Part shown: positions 1-10,002 of the stretch, piece after piece
How the letters are laid out: the number at the start of each line of letters is the position of its first letter
Position numbering within the stretch: position 1 is the first letter of the stretch
Assembly (NCBI GenBank): GCA_963677495.2
Contig: CAXXOU010000004.1
Span: forward strand, 448,001 to 512,000
Length of the DNA stretch: 64,000 nt
DNA from: Candidatus Cloacimonadales bacterium
GTDB lineage: Bacteria; Cloacimonadota; Cloacimonadia; Cloacimonadales; JAFGVF01
Reading direction: 5' to 3'
The notes under the pieces: generated by a model
What the model was told of the DNA's origin: nothing
Database searches by the model: none
What the model saw: only the letters and a program-made list of their open reading frames with translations
Program-made: the position numbers and the translations under genes

Positions 1-135
1 ACCGGCTGTTCCGGCAGGATCTGTCCAGGTTACTAAACCTGTGTCTCCATCAACTTCAACATTTGTAGGTGGGTTCTGTGCGAACAAGCCTACTGCTAAG
101 AAGCAGACGAGTAAAAGAAGAATTGACTTTTTCAT
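1..135 (-). CDS. Secreted protein, N-terminus only (runs off the left edge)
   Basis: Manual translation MKKSILLLLVCFLAVGLFAQNPPTNVEVDGDTGLVTWTDP...; signal peptide; GGAGG SD upstream of ATG at 135; absent from the ORF track. Confidence 0.8.
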   Translation of the reverse strand, partial: MKKSILLLLVCFLAVGLFAQNPPTNVEVDGDTGLVTWTDPAGTAG

Positions 136-179
136 CAATTTGCCTCCACTTATTATTTCTGGTTGTATCCAAATAAGAT

Positions 180-731
180 CTAATTGAATTCTCTTTCCGA
201 GAATACTTCCGCTTCAAAACGGAAAATCTTAGTGTTATCGTCTTTCCAGGAGTTTTCGGCTAAACCTGCTTTTCTACAGGTCTCCCGGAGAAATGTTTCG
301 ACATCAAAACTGTATTCCATAGCAACTTGGGGTAATAATAACCCGGATTGAAAACCCTTTACTATGAAAAGACCATCTCTACCTATTTCAATCTCACCTT
401 TTTCAGTAACTGCTTCCATCTCACTTAAGATAGAAATCTCAATCTCAAGCTCTGCTAACTCACCAACTCCCACTCTTGGGAATCTCGGATCGTCCGTGGC
501 TGCAGTAACTGCCATTCTTTTAACTGTGTTATATATTGTATCCACAGCTTTTACAAAACCTATGCAACCTCTCAAGTTGCCATCTTTGTGAAGGGTTACA
601 AACCCTCCTGCTTTTTTTTGAAAGACTGGATTATCAGGGACTTGAGATAGAATCTCTTGTCCTCTCAAATGTGTTGATATAGACTCTCTCGCTAATCTTA
701 GAAGAAATCTCTTTTCATCATTTCCTATCAT
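180..731 (-). CDS. amrA: AmmeMemoRadiSam system protein A (AMMECR1 family)
   Basis: FVTL...LRGCIG, DPRF, GLLLPQVA and CRKAGL motifs; adjacent to the MEMO gene. Confidence 0.93.
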   Translation of the reverse strand: MIGNDEKRFLLRLARESISTHLRGQEILSQVPDNPVFQKKAGGFVTLHKDGNLRGCIGFVKAVDTIYNTVKRMAVTAATDDPRFPRVGVGELAELEIEISILSEMEAVTEKGEIEIGRDGLFIVKGFQSGLLLPQVAMEYSFDVETFLRETCRKAGLAENSWKDDNTKIFRFEAEVFSEREFN

Positions 732-1551
732 TGTCTACCAAACTTTCCATAACGATTGATGTATATCCTACAACATTATCATAATCCTTGTTTATCTGAC
801 CTGAATTTGAATAACATAACTTCTTGAACCTTACATCTCCATGTAGTTTTGCTATCTCCATCAATGTCAGAACTCCGCCTAGTCCACAAGCTTCGCATTT
901 ACCCTCATTCTTAGCTTCATATAGAGCATCTGAATCTCCACTTAGCACATTAAGAATAAAGGTTGTATCTTTCTTCTCAGCAAGATCTGTCGGGAAATAA
1001 TGCGACAAATCAGTTGAGATGATTATCACAGTTTTATCTTCTTTCTCTTTAAATAGCTCTAAAACCTTTTTAGCAAGAAACTTGCTGTTATCTAATGTCT
1101 GCTGGGCAAAGATAATAGGTATTAACTCTGCATCCGGTGCAACCATTTTTATAAAAGGTAATTGCACTTCCAACGAATGTTCTCTTTCGTGAAGAAGTGA
1201 GTCAAAGATAAACTCATCTTGTGATAAAAGTGCTTCAACTCCTTTCCTGTCAACCCTTACTTTGCCAAGAGGAGTTTCATAAAACTTATAATCACCAATT
1301 GAATAAGCTATATGATTTGTACTATGGCTAGGTGCAATTAGTATAACACGCTCAATTTCTTTATCTTGAATAGCTTTGTAACCATATGCTGCACATTGAC
1401 CTGAATAAACATACCCGGCATGAGGAACAATAATCCCTAGAACATTGCCATAGTAGTTAGGTGCATGTCTTAAGAAATCATTCAATTCACGCTTTAGCTC
1501 ATCAGCTTTTCGTGGGTAAAAATGTCCTGCAACATAAGCTTTTCTATTCAT
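718..1551 (-). CDS. amrB: AmmeMemoRadiSam system protein B (MEMO1 family)
   Basis: AGHFYP, PHAGYVYSG, EHSLEVQLPF, STDLSHY and VVGY motifs. Confidence 0.93.
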   Translation of the reverse strand: MNRKAYVAGHFYPRKADELKRELNDFLRHAPNYYGNVLGIIVPHAGYVYSGQCAAYGYKAIQDKEIERVILIAPSHSTNHIAYSIGDYKFYETPLGKVRVDRKGVEALLSQDEFIFDSLLHEREHSLEVQLPFIKMVAPDAELIPIIFAQQTLDNSKFLAKKVLELFKEKEDKTVIIISTDLSHYFPTDLAEKKDTTFILNVLSGDSDALYEAKNEGKCEACGLGGVLTLMEIAKLHGDVRFKKLCYSNSGQINKDYDNVVGYTSIVMESLVDNDRK

Positions 1552-1670
1552 TATATATTGTACGTCCTTAGAGTTTTCTCAATGTTATTCAGCTATAGTT
1601 TATTTATCAAGAACTTTTTTCATATACAATGATTCAACCTTTAGTTAACGCTGATTGATCCTATAGTTTT

Positions 1671-2954
1671 TTAGAGATTATCTTTCTCTTTTAAAACCTC
1701 TGCGACAGTGTATAAAGAACCACACACTATGATTATATCACCATCCTTCGCTTCGTCTATCAGCCTTTTTACAGCATCAGAAAGAGATATATTAGTTTGA
1801 AATGGAATATCTGTATTTTCAACTACTGGAATTAAATCTTCCACTAAAGCTGAACGTTGGGATTTACTTTGAGAAATCGTGAATGATTCAGCTACTTCTG
1901 CCATTGTGTTTAGCATGAAATCATAAGGTTTATCTCTTAAGATTGCTGTTATAAACTTGAACTTCTTTCCAGGGAAAATCTCTTTTAGATTCTTGATAAG
2001 AAAAGTTAAACCCTCTTTGTTATGAGCTCCATCGAGGATTACTAATGGTTCCCTACTTAAGATTTGCATTCGGCCTTGCCAATTAACTTTATTCAAACCG
2101 GTTCTGAGTATCTTCTCGTCCCAAGCTTTTCCTATCTTTTCCAAGTATAGAAGATAACAAGTTAAGGCTACCGCTGCATTAAAAGCTTGATGTTCACCTA
2201 AGAGATTAATCATCATATCTTTTAATTCAACCCCTAAATGCGGGAAACTATAGTCAAAGTGAGTGCCATCTGCGTCTAATCGAATATTGGAAACAGTGTA
2301 CTCTTTATTATATCTGAATATTGGGGCATTCATCTCTGTAGCTTTACGCTCTATTACTTCCAATGCTTCAGGGACTATATTGCCTGTTACAACAGGAACC
2401 TTATTCTTAATAATCCCTGCTTTTTCATAGGCAATCTTCTCAATGGTGCCACCAAGGCTCTTCACATGATCAAGTGCAATACTGGTGATTGCTGTTACTG
2501 TAGAGTTGAATGGTTTTGTACCATCTAATCTACCACCCAGGCCAACTTCAAAAATAGCAACGTCCAGTTGCTTCTTGGCAAAAAGATAGAAGGCCATTGA
2601 GGTTGTGATTTCAAAGAAGGAGGCTTCGGTTTCTTCAATAATATCTTCCCACTTTTTATAAGTTTCTAAAATCTCATCGTATGTAATATTCTTACCATTG
2701 ATTCTAAAACGTTCCATATACTCAACAAGGTGTGGGGAGGAGTTAAAACCTGTTGTAAATCCTTGTTCAAGAGCAAGAGCTTCCAGAGTTGCGCAAGTAG
2801 AACCTTTCCCATTGGTACCACCAACATGAAAACCTTTTAGTTTCATGTTAGGATTTCCCATAATATCCATAACTTTGTGCATCCGGTCAAGTCCGAGCTT
2901 CACATTCCCGGAGTATCTTTGATATATATATTCTAAAAGTTTATCGTATTCCAT
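1671..2954 (-). CDS. folC: Bifunctional folylpolyglutamate/dihydrofolate synthase
   Basis: GTNGKGS, SPHL, EVGLGGRLD, DGAHN and CGSLY motifs; ATG at 2954 has an AAGGAG SD. Confidence 0.93.
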   Translation of the reverse strand: MEYDKLLEYIYQRYSGNVKLGLDRMHKVMDIMGNPNMKLKGFHVGGTNGKGSTCATLEALALEQGFTTGFNSSPHLVEYMERFRINGKNITYDEILETYKKWEDIIEETEASFFEITTSMAFYLFAKKQLDVAIFEVGLGGRLDGTKPFNSTVTAITSIALDHVKSLGGTIEKIAYEKAGIIKNKVPVVTGNIVPEALEVIERKATEMNAPIFRYNKEYTVSNIRLDADGTHFDYSFPHLGVELKDMMINLLGEHQAFNAAVALTCYLLYLEKIGKAWDEKILRTGLNKVNWQGRMQILSREPLVILDGAHNKEGLTFLIKNLKEIFPGKKFKFITAILRDKPYDFMLNTMAEVAESFTISQSKSQRSALVEDLIPVVENTDIPFQTNISLSDAVKRLIDEAKDGDIIIVCGSLYTVAEVLKEKDNL

Positions 2955-3253
2955 TTTTAAACTCCTTCCAAATAACACTCAATATTTATAATGACTTAAG
3001 AAAACAAGTTAAGTTTTTGGTCAATATAAATGAATGGATTTATGTATACAGTTTGTTAGCTAACTTTTACATTAGAGTCACTTTACTAACAAGTCTCTTC
3101 TAGTCGTAAAAGAAATGAATTATCCAAGAGCGTAATATACTTTCCTTGAATGCCTGTTAACAACAATGTAAAGAAGCCTAATTCTAGCTTAACAGATTAC
3201 ATTTGTGTTGACAATCTATGCACCGTACTTTCTTTTCTAACCGAGAGGTTATT

Positions 3254-5074
3254 ATGAAAAAATCGATACTAATAGTTTTAGCTATATTGTTAACATTGAG
3301 TCTGAGAGCAGAAGAGGGAGTGAAGATGGATAGATTAGATTGGTTTAAGGATGCAAAGCTTGGTATTTTCATCCATTGGGGTATATATTCAGTGAACGGG
3401 ATTGATGAATCCTGGTCTTTTTATAACAACTATATCCCATATGAAGACTACATGAAGCAAGCATCAAGATTCACAGCAAAGAAATATAAACCCAAAAGCT
3501 GGGCAAAGCTAATCAAATCTACAGGTGCAAAATATGCTGTACTAACTACCAAACATCATGATGGTATAGCATTATGGGACACCAAACTAAGTGAACTTAA
3601 TGTGCTTGAAAAGACTCCAGCAGGAAAGGATTTGGTAGAACCTTTCTGTAAAGCTTTACGAGATGAAGATATTAAAGTTGGACTATATTATTCACTTATA
3701 GATTGGTCAGATCATCGATACCCAAATTTCCTTATTAACAAGAAACGTTATGAGAAGGATGAACGTAAATGGAGTGAGTTTGTTGAGTTCTATCAAGGAC
3801 AGTTAGAAGAGTTATCTACAATGTATAACCCTGATCTTTACTGGTTTGATGGAGATTGGGAGTTTACAGCAGAAGAGTGGAAGGCAGAAGAACTTAAAGA
3901 GAAGCTTTTGACTTGGAATCCTAATGTTATTACCAACTCAAGACTACAGGGGTACGGTGATTATGAAACTCCGGAACAGGGAGTGCCAATCAATAAGCCT
4001 GATAGTGAAACTTGGGAACTATGTTTAACAATGAATGATTCCTGGGGTTATCAGCATAACGACAAAAACTACAAGTCACCTTATGAAATTATTCATACAT
4101 TTGTTGATTGTATCTCTATGGGAGGCAATCTACTTCTTGATATTGGACCTAAAGAGGATGGCTCAATACCGGATGAGCAAGTCGAGATTTTGGAAGAACT
4201 TGCACGCTGGAATAGAAAGCATTATGAAGCTGTTTTTGAAAGTGATGCCGGGATTGATAGAAAACACACTGATTATCCAACAACTCTTTCAAAGGATAAG
4301 AGATCATTGTATATTTTCTTACCACATACACCGACAATCTTTGTTCCTTTGAGAATTAGAGGATTGCAATCAGAAGTTGTATCATGCACTATTCTTGATA
4401 AAAAGAATACTCCTCTCAAATGGGAGAAACGTAACTCTAATCTGATAATAGAAGCTCCTAGTGCAGAACTTGATCCTATGATGAGCGTTATAAAAGTTAC
4501 ATTGAATACAGAAATAGAACTTACTGATGAGTTTGACTTGAATATAAACTCTATTATCTCAGAGGATTATAGGGCATTTAAAGGCTTTGGTTTAATTGCA
4601 CAGGACTATATTGAACTAGCAACAAAGGCAACTGTAAATGATACTATGCTTAGTTCAATATCAGAACAGATATTTAAAGATTACAGCATCGATAGCCCCA
4701 ATCCATTCTACTTCACTACCCTTGATCTAAAGAAGTGGATAAACAAAAATCAAGAAGCCTTTTTCAATGCCCAACCCGGACTCCCCGAAGGTTACTTCCA
4801 AGGTCGTACTTCTTTATCTGAAAATAGAGATGTACTGTTCCTTTATGTACCGGGTAAAGCAAATGGCTCAATTGCAATCAAGGGATTGAAGAACAAAATC
4901 AACCGTATCCGTGTTGTTGGCTCAGGTGTAAAACTTTCATGGGATATTCACAACAAACTCTATTGGAATGAGAAGCCCGGAATTGTCTATATCGATCTGC
5001 CGAAATCAGAATGCGATGACTTCATGACCATTATCGCTGTTCAACTGAATGGTGAGATTGAATTGGAGGAGTAG
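3254..5074 (+). CDS. Alpha-L-fucosidase (GH29), secreted
   Basis: WF.DAKLGIFIHWG, TTKHHDG, WFDG nucleophile, GGNLLLDIGP; signal peptide from ATG 3254 (GAGG SD). Confidence 0.92.
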   Translation: MKKSILIVLAILLTLSLRAEEGVKMDRLDWFKDAKLGIFIHWGIYSVNGIDESWSFYNNYIPYEDYMKQASRFTAKKYKPKSWAKLIKSTGAKYAVLTTKHHDGIALWDTKLSELNVLEKTPAGKDLVEPFCKALRDEDIKVGLYYSLIDWSDHRYPNFLINKKRYEKDERKWSEFVEFYQGQLEELSTMYNPDLYWFDGDWEFTAEEWKAEELKEKLLTWNPNVITNSRLQGYGDYETPEQGVPINKPDSETWELCLTMNDSWGYQHNDKNYKSPYEIIHTFVDCISMGGNLLLDIGPKEDGSIPDEQVEILEELARWNRKHYEAVFESDAGIDRKHTDYPTTLSKDKRSLYIFLPHTPTIFVPLRIRGLQSEVVSCTILDKKNTPLKWEKRNSNLIIEAPSAELDPMMSVIKVTLNTEIELTDEFDLNINSIISEDYRAFKGFGLIAQDYIELATKATVNDTMLSSISEQIFKDYSIDSPNPFYFTTLDLKKWINKNQEAFFNAQPGLPEGYFQGRTSLSENRDVLFLYVPGKANGSIAIKGLKNKINRIRVVGSGVKLSWDIHNKLYWNEKPGIVYIDLPKSECDDFMTIIAVQLNGEIELEE

Positions 5075-5130
5075 TTCAACATTGTATGTCGAAAGCTTAT
5101 AGTTAATAGCCTATAGCCTATAGTAAATTA

Positions 5131-5316
5131 TACGACTTTAGTCGTCTTTACCGGGTACGCGGACATCCCTGTCCGCATCTGTTTTGTACTTCGACGTTGC
5201 ACGTCGAACTTAGAACGACGTATTATGCCGTTGTGTAATGTAGTAAACCGAACACCCCTTTTCGGGCTTTGGTAGTGCAAGTGTCCCCACTTGCACATAG
5301 CTCGTTGAGAGCTATA
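5131..5316. repeat. Cluster of short REP-like hairpins
   Basis: ACGACTTTAGTCGT; GTAC-GCGGACATCCCTGTCCGC; GTAC-TTCGACGTTGCACGTCGAA; GTAG-TGCAAGTGTCCCCACTTGCAC; ATAGCTCGTTGAGAGCTAT. Confidence 0.7.
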
Positions 5317-5339
5317 ACAGGGAAGCCAATCGTGTTCTG

Positions 5340-5460
5340 AAACTAGTATTGACAGCATAATCATAAACATAGTTTTACGTTTAAACGTATGGTCGCTAAG
5401 TTTTGGTCAGTGGAATCTGCCGACGTTGTCGGCACAGCAACTCAGGAGAGTCGCAGTACA
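5340..5460 (+). repeat. ~121-bp direct repeat, copy 1
   Basis: Matches 6172-6293; the last 44 bp are identical; contains TTGACA and the hairpin TGCCGACGTTGTCGGCA. Confidence 0.92.
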
Positions 5461-5464
5461 CTTC

Positions 5465-5917
5465 TCATACAATCCAACTATCCAAACTCTGATATCTCGT
5501 CACCTTTGGTAGAAGCTCATTCTCAACAGCTTCACTGATTGTTCTGATTGGTAGGGCATTATCAATAATGTAAGTAATATCAATTGTCTTCAAATCAATC
5601 TCCGGATGTAGCTTCTTGAGTTTATACATCATAATCGTAAAGACATTGTAGGCATTATAGATACATTTTTCACCTACTGTCTCCAAGTTTCTGTTTGTTG
5701 CATAGTCCATTAGGTCGATTCTGTAAGCATCAGATGTGCTGTGATATAACCGACTAAGGTTTTGTGACTGGTTCTTAAGTGTGATGTTAGTATGGTCAAT
5801 CTTTCTTCTCTTGTATGCTCTTGCAATCAATACATCGCTTTTACGGTACCTATAAAACACGAGCTTGCCGATTTTGCCTACCAGTGCTCTGGTTATTGTG
5901 TCTAATTGAACTCTCAT
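5465..5917 (-). CDS. Hypothetical basic protein (150 aa), member of an unannotated paralog family
   Basis: AAGGAG SD; N-terminal GKIGKLVFY..R; C-terminal PEIDLKT...AVENELLP also found at 21605-21772. Confidence 0.85.
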   Translation of the reverse strand: MRVQLDTITRALVGKIGKLVFYRYRKSDVLIARAYKRRKIDHTNITLKNQSQNLSRLYHSTSDAYRIDLMDYATNRNLETVGEKCIYNAYNVFTIMMYKLKKLHPEIDLKTIDITYIIDNALPIRTISEAVENELLPKVTRYQSLDSWIV

Positions 5918-6171
5918 TTCTCTCTCCTTTGTTTAAAATCAACATTTAGCATTTAGCATTTCTAACCCCTCTATTAACATAACTATCAGAAAACACTAAC
6001 TTGTATCAGAATTATTGGCATTTTTTAATTCCTCTATAATTATATAGGAATAATTTCTTGCTTTGAGGAATAAAGATATCATATTTTTTTAGGTCCTCTA
6101 TAACTATACTGGGGGAAAAAGGAGTTGATTTAGTGAAAAGAGAGTAGTTTTTTTACTTGAATGGTGCTCAA

Positions 6172-6293
6172 AAACTAGTATTGACATGTATAATCATAAA
6201 CATAGTTCTATGTTTAAACTTATGGTTTCTAAGTCTCGGTCAGTGGAAGCTGCCGACGTTGTCGGCACAGCAACTCAGGAGAGTCGCAGTACA
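6172..6293 (+). repeat. ~122-bp direct repeat, copy 2
   Basis: Matches 5340-5460. Confidence 0.92.
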
Positions 6294-6395
6294 TGTACTC
6301 GACCACAATTAATCAGTCTTTACATGTGCGATCAAGGATAATCGCTTAATATATAAACCAGCATTTCAAGCACTTCGGTGCTGGGTAAATCTGAG

Positions 6396-6494
6396 ATATT
6401 TAACCGCGGATGAACCACAGGTAAACCACGCCCAAACGGCGGGAGGCGTGGTTAACCCGTGGTTTACCCCTGGTCAACCCGTTGTCAACTGCCA
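6396..6494. repeat. 11-bp-period hairpin, family A copy 1 (unit ~AACCACGGGTT)
   Basis: Units at 6402/6413/6424, inverted units at 6447/6458/6469/6480; near reverse complement of 50396-50497. Confidence 0.9.
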
Positions 6495-6553
6495 GACTTG
6501 TGACATGGATAACACAGTCGATTCAGATGATTGTTGAAATCAGTTTTCATAAA

Positions 6554-8509
6554 CTAATTATTACCTAAAGGGAATGTTATCTCGAACCTTGTTCCTTTTC
6601 CAACTTCGCTAAAACATTGAATGGAACCGGACTGTTTGTTAACAAGTTCTTTCACAAGTACCATGCCCATACCTACACCCTTTTCATTAGCTGTACCTAT
6701 AATAGAATCTGAAACCAGCTCAAAGATTGTGTCAGCTTTTTCTTGTGGCATACCAACACCTGAATCTTTAATTGTTAAAATCAAGCTCTGAACATCCCTT
6801 TCTTCAGAAACTACAATTTTACCACTTTCTGTTGAGTATTTAATGGCATTTTGAACAATGTTCCTGAAAATAGTTTTTAATGAGATATACTCAGCAGTGA
6901 TTGTTGAATTGCTTGCAATACTGTTCTCAATAAAAACACCTTTGTCTTTAAGACGTTTCTTAAAGAAGTTTATAATCTCTTCAAAACAATCAAAAAGATA
7001 TATCTCCTCTTTTGATCTTTCAAGTCCGGATATTACTTCTTTACTCCAGCCAACAAGATCTTCTGTCAATTTGTATGTTTTGCTAACAGTCTCTTTTATG
7101 TTAATCAAAACCACATCATCATGATAGAAGTCGTCAGGTTTATCAATGAGTTGTAACATCTGGTCAACAATACCCATCGGTCCCCTTATATCATGAGTTA
7201 TAATAGAGATCAATTTATCACGTATGCTCTTCTCCTCTTTAAGGTTAGCTAGATTATTTATGAGAAGTGCTTTATCATGCGCAAGTTCGTAATTTAAGTA
7301 TTTAAGCTCATTCAGTTTCTCTTGATAAGCAGAAAGAGCAATAGAATCGTTACTTTCATTTAATGTGGAGTTTATATCTTCTATGGAAGTAGCGTATGCA
7401 TCAGTTCTACTTTTCTTTAAAAACTCATTGTAGTTGGTAGACCATTCTAATGCTTGTTCAAACTCTCCAATAGCTTTGTAATAGCTAATTCTTAAATCAG
7501 GTAAATTCATATGAAACTTGTCATCTGTAAGAGTATCTGATAAGTCTAGGTATTTCTTCACTGTATCATAATCTTCTAGCTTCATAGAACAGCTCATAAT
7601 CATCTGATAGAAGTTTAAGCGTTCATGGTTACTTTCTTTAGACTCTACCAGCTCAAGTACACTCATTAACAGATCAAGTGCTTCTTGATACTTCTCTAAA
7701 GTATAAAGGTAGGAGCTCTTTATTCTCGTGTTAGCAAAACTATAATGTAGGTAGTAACTGTTGATACTAGTTTCTGAAAGCTTAAAATTGGGTTGAAGTT
7801 CATTAAATTGCTTATCAAATCTATCAAGATACTCTTTAGCATTTTCTGGTTCATTCATTAGAATATGACATGAAGCAAGATTATTAAAAATAAGAGGTAA
7901 TAATTTACTTTTATCCGGCTCAGAGATAGTATCAATTGCCATAAGAAAATAGTGAATAGCTTGATCGAAATTGCTTAGTGCCATATAGGTTACACCAATA
8001 TTGGTCAGAATTCTATAGAAGAGAGGGGACTCATCCTGATTATACTTGTTTGAAAATGTGTATGCTTGCATTAAATGCCATAAAGCTTTTCGATATTCAG
8101 CACGGTTCTTGTAGATAACAGCAATGTTTGAGTGAACATCCATTAGCAACTCATTTGTATCCTCACTAGTACAGTTACGGAGAGCTTCCTGATAATAATG
8201 GAGTGATTCATCAAGCTTACTGAGCTGAGATTTAATAATACCAAGGTTAGAGAAGAATCTGACCTTCTGCTCCTGTTCACCAAAATCTCTAACTATATCA
8301 ATACTTTTCTCAGCAGTAATCTCCAGTGATTTAAAGTCATATGTAAACACGAAATCGGAATGCAACTGTAATAGGATTAAATCAATACCCTCTTTACTTG
8401 GTAAAGTATACTTGGACTTTAATTCTAACATAAGATTTTTGAAGGCAGACTTATCCTGTGTTGCTATGTATTGTTTTAGTTCTTTCTTTTCCTGTTTGAA
8501 GCTCATCAC
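6554..8509 (-). CDS. TPR-repeat sensor histidine kinase (orphan, no transmembrane segment seen)
   Basis: N-terminal TPR-like repeats; H-box THDIRGP, NAIKYS, DSGVGM, GVGMGM and GKGTRF. Confidence 0.9.
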   Translation of the reverse strand: MMSFKQEKKELKQYIATQDKSAFKNLMLELKSKYTLPSKEGIDLILLQLHSDFVFTYDFKSLEITAEKSIDIVRDFGEQEQKVRFFSNLGIIKSQLSKLDESLHYYQEALRNCTSEDTNELLMDVHSNIAVIYKNRAEYRKALWHLMQAYTFSNKYNQDESPLFYRILTNIGVTYMALSNFDQAIHYFLMAIDTISEPDKSKLLPLIFNNLASCHILMNEPENAKEYLDRFDKQFNELQPNFKLSETSINSYYLHYSFANTRIKSSYLYTLEKYQEALDLLMSVLELVESKESNHERLNFYQMIMSCSMKLEDYDTVKKYLDLSDTLTDDKFHMNLPDLRISYYKAIGEFEQALEWSTNYNEFLKKSRTDAYATSIEDINSTLNESNDSIALSAYQEKLNELKYLNYELAHDKALLINNLANLKEEKSIRDKLISIITHDIRGPMGIVDQMLQLIDKPDDFYHDDVVLINIKETVSKTYKLTEDLVGWSKEVISGLERSKEEIYLFDCFEEIINFFKKRLKDKGVFIENSIASNSTITAEYISLKTIFRNIVQNAIKYSTESGKIVVSEERDVQSLILTIKDSGVGMPQEKADTIFELVSDSIIGTANEKGVGMGMVLVKELVNKQSGSIQCFSEVGKGTRFEITFPLGNN

Positions 8510-8733
8510 TCCTCCCGAAACAAACTATAACATTAACGGCGTTTGTGTCAATGTTTGAAAGTGATCTCCATTCATTTTGCTGAGTGCTAAGATCCAATAA
8601 TTACTACAAAATGTACCGGTAGTAATTGTTAAGAGAAGGTGTTTAGAAACCCTTACAGTTTCTTGAATTATAAAACAATTGACATTAGGGACAATACAAA
8701 AAGTTTGAAATCATTAATAATCCGGGAGAAGAG

Positions 8734-10002
8734 ATGATTGATAAGATAGATGTTAATGTTACTTCGGAGATTGGTGAGTTAGAGGGCGTGATCCTTCACC
8801 GTCCGGGAAGAGAAATTGAGAATATGACCCCTCAGAATGCTGAAAGAGCATTATATAGTGATATTTTGAATCTTGCAGTTGCAGACAATGAGTATAATGA
8901 TTTCAGAGGGGCTTTGGATATTCTAACAAATACTTATGAGATCAGAGACTTACTCACTGAAATCCTCAGGAACGATAGAGTTAAATTTAACCTAGTTGAA
9001 AAGATTTGTAGATATGAGGACAGGCAGATACTTGTTGAAGGTCTTATGAAACTTGGGCCTGAGGAGCTTACTCGCCAGTTGTTTGAGGGTGTTGTCATGA
9101 GAAAGAACAATCTCACAAACTTTTTGAGCAAAGAAAAATACAGTCTCAGACCCCTTCATAACTTCTTCTTCATGAGAGATGCTTCAATATCAGTATTAGA
9201 TGAAGTGCTTATCGGTAAGATGGCAAACCAGGTACGTGAACGTGAATCCATAATTATGGAAGCGATATTCGATTACCATCCAAACCTTCAGACAAGAACT
9301 TTTAATCCATTGAACAGTAAGAATGTTCCACCTGAGCATATTACTATTGAGGGTGGAGACGTGCTTATTGCCAGAGATGATACTTTACTTATTGGTATCG
9401 GTGGTAGAACGACTTCTCAAGGTATCGATTATCTTATTGAATACTACAAGCATAAAAAAGAAAAGTTTAATATTGTAATACAAGAGCTTCCTCTTCAACC
9501 TGAATCTTTCATCCATCTTGATATGGTGTTTACTTTCCTTAATACCCATGAATGTATGGTCTATGAACCGGTTGTGCTTAAGCCAAATAGACTTGAAACT
9601 GTTTGTATTAAGATTGATAATGGCAAGGTGCTGATAGAAGCAAAGAAAAACCTTTTAGAGGCTCTAAAAGAACTAGATTTTGACCTTGAACCAATTCATT
9701 GTGGAGGCCCATCAAGTAAATGGACTCAAGAGAGAGAACAGTGGCACAGTGGTGCTAACTTCTTTGCTGTTGGACCGGGAAAGGTATTAGGTTATAATAG
9801 AAACGTACATACACTTGATGAGCTTAGTAAGCATGGATATGAGATTCTCAATGCAAAAGAGCTTATTGCTGGTAAAGTTAATCATAATGACTATGAGAAG
9901 TTCGTAGTTGCTATTGATGGGGCAGAGCTTGCACGAGGTGGTGGTGGTTGTCGTTGTATGTCAATGCCGATTAGAAGAAAATCTGTTGATTGGAGTCTTT
10001 AA
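8734..10002 (+). CDS. arcA: Arginine deiminase
   Basis: V.SEIG.L..VILHRPG, FFMRD, EGGD, HLD and RGGGG.RCMS motifs. Confidence 0.92.
   Translation: MIDKIDVNVTSEIGELEGVILHRPGREIENMTPQNAERALYSDILNLAVADNEYNDFRGALDILTNTYEIRDLLTEILRNDRVKFNLVEKICRYEDRQILVEGLMKLGPEELTRQLFEGVVMRKNNLTNFLSKEKYSLRPLHNFFFMRDASISVLDEVLIGKMANQVRERESIIMEAIFDYHPNLQTRTFNPLNSKNVPPEHITIEGGDVLIARDDTLLIGIGGRTTSQGIDYLIEYYKHKKEKFNIVIQELPLQPESFIHLDMVFTFLNTHECMVYEPVVLKPNRLETVCIKIDNGKVLIEAKKNLLEALKELDFDLEPIHCGGPSSKWTQEREQWHSGANFFAVGPGKVLGYNRNVHTLDELSKHGYEILNAKELIAGKVNHNDYEKFVVAIDGAELARGGGGCRCMSMPIRRKSVDWSL

Noticed and set aside
8734..10002. Complete arginine deiminase pathway operon
   Set aside because: No arcB, arcC or arcD is adjacent; they may be elsewhere, so this is not notable from this window.
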